A DNA stretch of 64,000 nucleotides from Vulcanimicrobiota bacterium (GTDB lineage: Bacteria; Vulcanimicrobiota; Vulcanimicrobiia; Vulcanimicrobiales; Vulcanimicrobiaceae). Below, in pieces: positions 60,194 through 64,000 of this stretch. The notes under the pieces are model-generated. The model was not told the origin of the DNA. It did not search any database and saw nothing but the letters and a program-made list of their open reading frames with translations. The stretch is taken from the NCBI GenBank assembly GCA_963695225.1, contig OY968762.1, positions 2,176,001 to 2,240,000 on the forward strand. The letters run 5' to 3'. The position numbers and the translations under genes were made by a program. Within the stretch, counting starts at the first letter, position 1; every line of letters starts with the position of its first letter.

Positions 60194-62527
60194 TCAGCGG
60201 AGCCATCGTTCGAGCCATTCGAGCATCTCCGCGAGCGTGGTCTCGATCGATTCGCGCGCGACGTAACCGTGCGCTTCGTGAGGGAGCATCACGAGGCGCG
60301 CGGTGCTGCCGTTGCCCTTGAGCGCGGCGTACATGCGCTCCGATTGCACGGGATACGTCCCCGTATTGTCGTCGGCGGCGCCGTGGATCAGCAGCAGCGG
60401 CGCCTCGATCTTGTTCGCATAGGTAAAGGGCGACATCTTCGTATAGAGTTCCGTCGCCTCCCAATACGTGCGCCGTTCGCTTTGGAACCCGAACGGCGTC
60501 AACGTGCGATTGTAGGCGCCGCTGCGCGCGATCCCCGCGCGGAAGAAGCGCGTGTGAGCGAGCAGATTTGCCGTCATGAACCCGCCGTAGCTATGCCCGG
60601 CCGCGGCGACGCGGTCGGGATCCGTGACGCGCAGCTCGACGGCCTTGTCGATGGCGGCTTTCGCTCCGGCGACGATCTGTTCGATGTACGTGTCGTTCAC
60701 GATCTGCGGGTCGCCCACGATCGGGAGCGTCACGTTGTCGAGCAGCGCGTATCCGGCGAGCGTCATGAAGATCGGCGAGGCGCCGCCGAGCGTCGGAAAC
60801 GTCTGCGTCGAGTTCGCGTTCTGTCCCGCGACGGCCGCGTCGTTGTATTCGAGCGGGTACGCCCAGAACAGCGTCGGGAGAGGCGTTCCGGGCACATAAC
60901 CGGGCGGCAGGTAGAGCGTGAAGGACAGGTCGATGCCGTCGGCGCGCCGGTACGTGACGACGCGCCGTTCGATCGCTTGCAACTGCGGCGCCGGATCGGC
61001 GAACTGCACGATCGTGCGCAGCGCGCCCTCGCCGAGCGAGCGCACGTGGTATCCCGGCGGCAGCGTCGGAGATTGGCGCTGCACGAGGACCGTGCGTGCG
61101 TGCGGATCGAGCGCGTCGACGACGGATTCCAAAGGATCGAGCGCCGATTCGAAGAGCCGCGTGCTCGTCTTCGTGCGTAGATCGTAACGGTCCAGGAACG
61201 GCCGCCGCCCCTGCGGTCCCCAGCCCGCGCCGCGCAAGAACAACGCGTCGCCGTCGGCCGCGATCGCGCGCTCCCCGTTCGGCGCGGTGCGCGTGAGCGG
61301 GTCGCCGGGATCGTTGTAGCGGTCGCCGTCGCGCAGCGCGAAAAGCAGCTCCGGCGCACCGCCTGAGGCGAGCGGGAGCAGGAACGTCCGCGTTATGCGC
61401 GTGTCGCGGTCATAATCGTTGACGAGCGCACGCGCGTCGCCTTCGATGAAGTCGATGCCGCGAAAGCGCGCCGTCGTGCGCATCAGTTCGCGCGGCGGTT
61501 CGCCGAAGGGCGCCGCGAGCTCGAAGATCGCGTCGCGCTCGGCCGCCTCCGCCTTGTCGTCACCCCCGTCGAGCGCTTCGGCCCAGACGAGCGTCGCAGG
61601 CGCGGTCGTCCGCCACGCGGCCTGCCGCGGGCCGACCGGGACCGTGTCGAACGTCGCGCGCTCTTGCGGCGGGCTCTCGACGATCGTGCGCGCGTGCCGC
61701 CCGGCGGCGTCGACGATCTCGAGCGTGTGCGCGAAGCGCCACCACGGGACCTGATAGCTGAACGGCCGGTGCACGCGATCGACGAGCACGAAACGTCCGT
61801 CCGGCGAGGCCTCTGCGCGCGCGTACAATCCGCTCGGCGTCAGGTAGCGCGTCGTGCCGTGCTCGATGTCGACGAGCGCGTAGCGCGCGGTCGCGTAATG
61901 CGCGAAGAGCGCTTCGTCCTCGCGGTTCGATAGGAGATCCTGGAACGTCACCGAGGGCGCGGCCGCCCCGTGCGTCTCTTGGATTGCGGGTCCGCGCGGT
62001 GCCGCCGCGGGCGGCGGCGGCGCTCCGCGATCGGACGGAACGACGCGTGCGAGCACCGTCCGCCCGTCGGGCATCCAGCCGAGCGGATTTCCGAGCGCGG
62101 CGTTCAACGCGACGCCGAGGATGCGACGGACGGTGCCGTCCGCGACGGTCCCCGCGTACAACTGCAGTTCGCGTGCGGTCGACAGCGCGAACGCGAAGCG
62201 CGTTCCGTCCGGGCTCCACTCGAACGCGGCGACGCGCGCGCGGTCGGGCAGCTCCGGCGCGAGCGATCGCCCGTCCGAGAGCCGCACGAGGCGCAGCGCC
62301 TCGAACGTCTGCGCGTGGTGGATCCCGTTGTTCTGCGGGTCGATCCGCACGCCGCCGAGGCGCAGGACGGGCCGCGCCAGCTCCGAGATCGGCGGATACC
62401 GCACGGGCGTGGCAAACAGCAGCGTGTCACGCCGCGGGCTGAGCGAGACGAGCGGGAACGGCTCGGCATCCAAGACGTCGAGGATCGCTTGCGGCGGCCG
62501 CTTGTAGGCTTCGCTCGGGGCGGGCAC
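60194..62527 (-). CDS. S9 (prolyl oligopeptidase clan) serine peptidase, glutamyl-endopeptidase-like
   Basis: WAYP.EY, GHSYGGFMT, IARSGAYNRTLTPFGFQ, HG..D.N.GT, E.HGY. Confidence 0.88.
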   Translation of the reverse strand: MPAPSEAYKRPPQAILDVLDAEPFPLVSLSPRRDTLLFATPVRYPPISELARPVLRLGGVRIDPQNNGIHHAQTFEALRLVRLSDGRSLAPELPDRARVAAFEWSPDGTRFAFALSTARELQLYAGTVADGTVRRILGVALNAALGNPLGWMPDGRTVLARVVPSDRGAPPPPAAAPRGPAIQETHGAAAPSVTFQDLLSNREDEALFAHYATARYALVDIEHGTTRYLTPSGLYARAEASPDGRFVLVDRVHRPFSYQVPWWRFAHTLEIVDAAGRHARTIVESPPQERATFDTVPVGPRQAAWRTTAPATLVWAEALDGGDDKAEAAERDAIFELAAPFGEPPRELMRTTARFRGIDFIEGDARALVNDYDRDTRITRTFLLPLASGGAPELLFALRDGDRYNDPGDPLTRTAPNGERAIAADGDALFLRGAGWGPQGRRPFLDRYDLRTKTSTRLFESALDPLESVVDALDPHARTVLVQRQSPTLPPGYHVRSLGEGALRTIVQFADPAPQLQAIERRVVTYRRADGIDLSFTLYLPPGYVPGTPLPTLFWAYPLEYNDAAVAGQNANSTQTFPTLGGASPIFMTLAGYALLDNVTLPIVGDPQIVNDTYIEQIVAGAKAAIDKAVELRVTDPDRVAAAGHSYGGFMTANLLAHTRFFRAGIARSGAYNRTLTPFGFQSERRTYWEATELYTKMSPFTYANKIEAPLLLIHGAADDNTGTYPVQSERMYAALKGNGSTARLVMLPHEAHGYVARESIETTLAEMLEWLERWLR

Positions 62528-62721
62528 GCCACGGTCCCTTGCCGCAGCGCGGGCGGACGGATCGATGCAAAAACTCCAAAGAGGGTCTTGCCCCGATGTT
62601 CCTGCCCGGCCCTACCGGCTCCCTCGATGCTCCATTCGACAAAGGACATTCCGGCAAATCGTCCATCTATGTACCGAACGTCTAAATAGGAGGAGTTCCC
62701 ATCAAGCGAAGCCCGGGAGCA

Positions 62722-64000
62722 ATGCTCGATCTGGCCTTGCCGTATGCCGCGGCGCCTTGCTTCGACGAACTCTACGGAGAGGGCGGGATTCCGCGCGAGC
62801 AGTATCGGCGGCTGGCCACGACGCTCGGCGGCCTCCCCGTCGACGACGTTCAGAGCCGCATCCAGTCGATCAACACGACGCTGCTCCAGCGCGGCGTGAC
62901 CTTCACGGTCTACAGCGAATCGGCCGGGACCGAGCGCGTCTTCCCGTTCGACCTGCTCCCGCGGATCCTTACGGCGGGCGAGTGGCTGCGCATCGAGCAG
63001 GGGATCGAGCAGCGCGTCCGCGCGCTCAACGCGTTCCTGCACGATCTCTACCACGGCGAGCGGATCCTGCGCGAAGGGCTCGTCCCGCGCGACCTGATCT
63101 ACTCCTCCCGCAACTATTGCCGCGAGATGATCGGCGTCGACATCGAGCAGGACATCTACATCCACATCTCCGGGATCGACTTGATCCGCAACGAGCAGGG
63201 CGAGTTCGTCGTCCTCGAAGACAACGTCCGCACGCCGTCGGGGATCTCGTACGTGCTGGAGAACCGCGACGTCCTCAAGCGGGATTTCCCCGCGCTCTTC
63301 AGGGGCTACGCGGTCCGCCCGGTCGACGACTATCCGCGCCGCCTGCTCGACGTCCTGCGCTACGTCGCGCCCCGCGGGAATCCTCAACCGAACGTCGTCG
63401 TGCTGACGCCGGGGATCTACAACTCCGCTTACTTCGAGCACGCGATGTTGGCGCGGCGCATGGGCGCGGAGCTCGTCGAGGGGCGCGATCTCATCGTCGT
63501 CGACAACGTCGTCTACCTCAAGACGACGCGCGGCTTGCAGCGGGTCGACGTGATCTACCGCCGGATCGACGATGCGTTCCTCGATCCGCTCTACTTCTTG
63601 CCGCACTCGACGGTCGGCTGCGCCGGGCTCATGAATGCGTACCGTGCGGGGAACGTCACGATCGCGAACGCGATCGGGACGGGCGTCGTCGACGATAAGG
63701 CCGTCTACCCTTACGTCCCGGAGATGATCCGCTTCTATCTGAGCGAGGAACCTTTACTGGACAACGTCCCGACGTTCACCTGCGACGATCCCGTGCAGTT
63801 GCGGCACGTCCTCGCGAATCTCGACAAGCTCGTCGTGAAGAACACGAGCGCTTCCGGCGGGTACGGCATGTTGATGGGTCCATATGCGACGCACCACGAG
63901 CGCGAGGAATTCGCGGCGCGCATCGCCGCCCGGCCGCGCGAGTTCATCGCTCAGCCGGTCATCCAGATTTCCTCCGCGCCGACGTTCGTCGACGGGGCCG
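62722..64000 (+). CDS. Circularly permuted type 2 ATP-grasp protein (DUF404/407-like), truncated by the window end; not in the ORF track
   Basis: Manual translation: FDEL..., GVTFTVY, FPFDLLPR, LEDN.RTPSG.SY, LTPG.YNSAYFEH, VDVIYRRIDD.FLDP, ANA.GTG..DDK, SGGYGM. Confidence 0.88.
   Translation, partial: MLDLALPYAAAPCFDELYGEGGIPREQYRRLATTLGGLPVDDVQSRIQSINTTLLQRGVTFTVYSESAGTERVFPFDLLPRILTAGEWLRIEQGIEQRVRALNAFLHDLYHGERILREGLVPRDLIYSSRNYCREMIGVDIEQDIYIHISGIDLIRNEQGEFVVLEDNVRTPSGISYVLENRDVLKRDFPALFRGYAVRPVDDYPRRLLDVLRYVAPRGNPQPNVVVLTPGIYNSAYFEHAMLARRMGAELVEGRDLIVVDNVVYLKTTRGLQRVDVIYRRIDDAFLDPLYFLPHSTVGCAGLMNAYRAGNVTIANAIGTGVVDDKAVYPYVPEMIRFYLSEEPLLDNVPTFTCDDPVQLRHVLANLDKLVVKNTSASGGYGMLMGPYATHHEREEFAARIAARPREFIAQPVIQISSAPTFVDGA

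Overview
High-GC bacterial chromosome segment, mostly housekeeping. The gene content and style are reminiscent of Ca. Eremiobacterota, but that is a low-confidence impression. Left to right: a partial nicotinate phosphoribosyltransferase diverges from polX-glgB-glgX-malQ, which converges on a GNAT-GH63-GT4-NDP-sugar pyrophosphorylase/PMM-like operon. Next come a putative metallothionein, a small conserved protein and ggt, then a NikM/CbiM-Q-O ECF importer facing an unannotated 58-aa His-rich peptide plus a ribbon-helix-helix-like protein. These are followed by two 7-bladed Vgb-like lipoproteins, a GT87-like membrane protein, an NTP pyrophosphatase and an esterase. A small A/T-richer island (NHL protein, frameshifted TnsE-like remnant, Tn7-like end) abuts the mraZ promoter. 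The dcw cluster runs mraZ to ddl, carries a CofE/F420-ligase-like gene between murF and mraY, and has no ftsQAZ. Then gltA-hisBHA, alr, CIRCE-groESL, an NCS2 permease, a PRTase, recQ, ybjQ-like, mobA, an orphan antitoxin-like gene, hom with a Thr/Ile leader-peptide attenuator, an S9 peptidase and a partial circularly permuted ATP-grasp gene. Best candidates for new biology: (1) the CofE-like amide ligase embedded in dcw, a possible peptidoglycan-precursor modification; (2) the His-rich peptide + RHH-like regulator + Ni/Co ECF module; (3) the Tn7-like relic inserted at the mraZ promoter; (4) the hom attenuator. All family calls come from motif recognition only; no searches were run.
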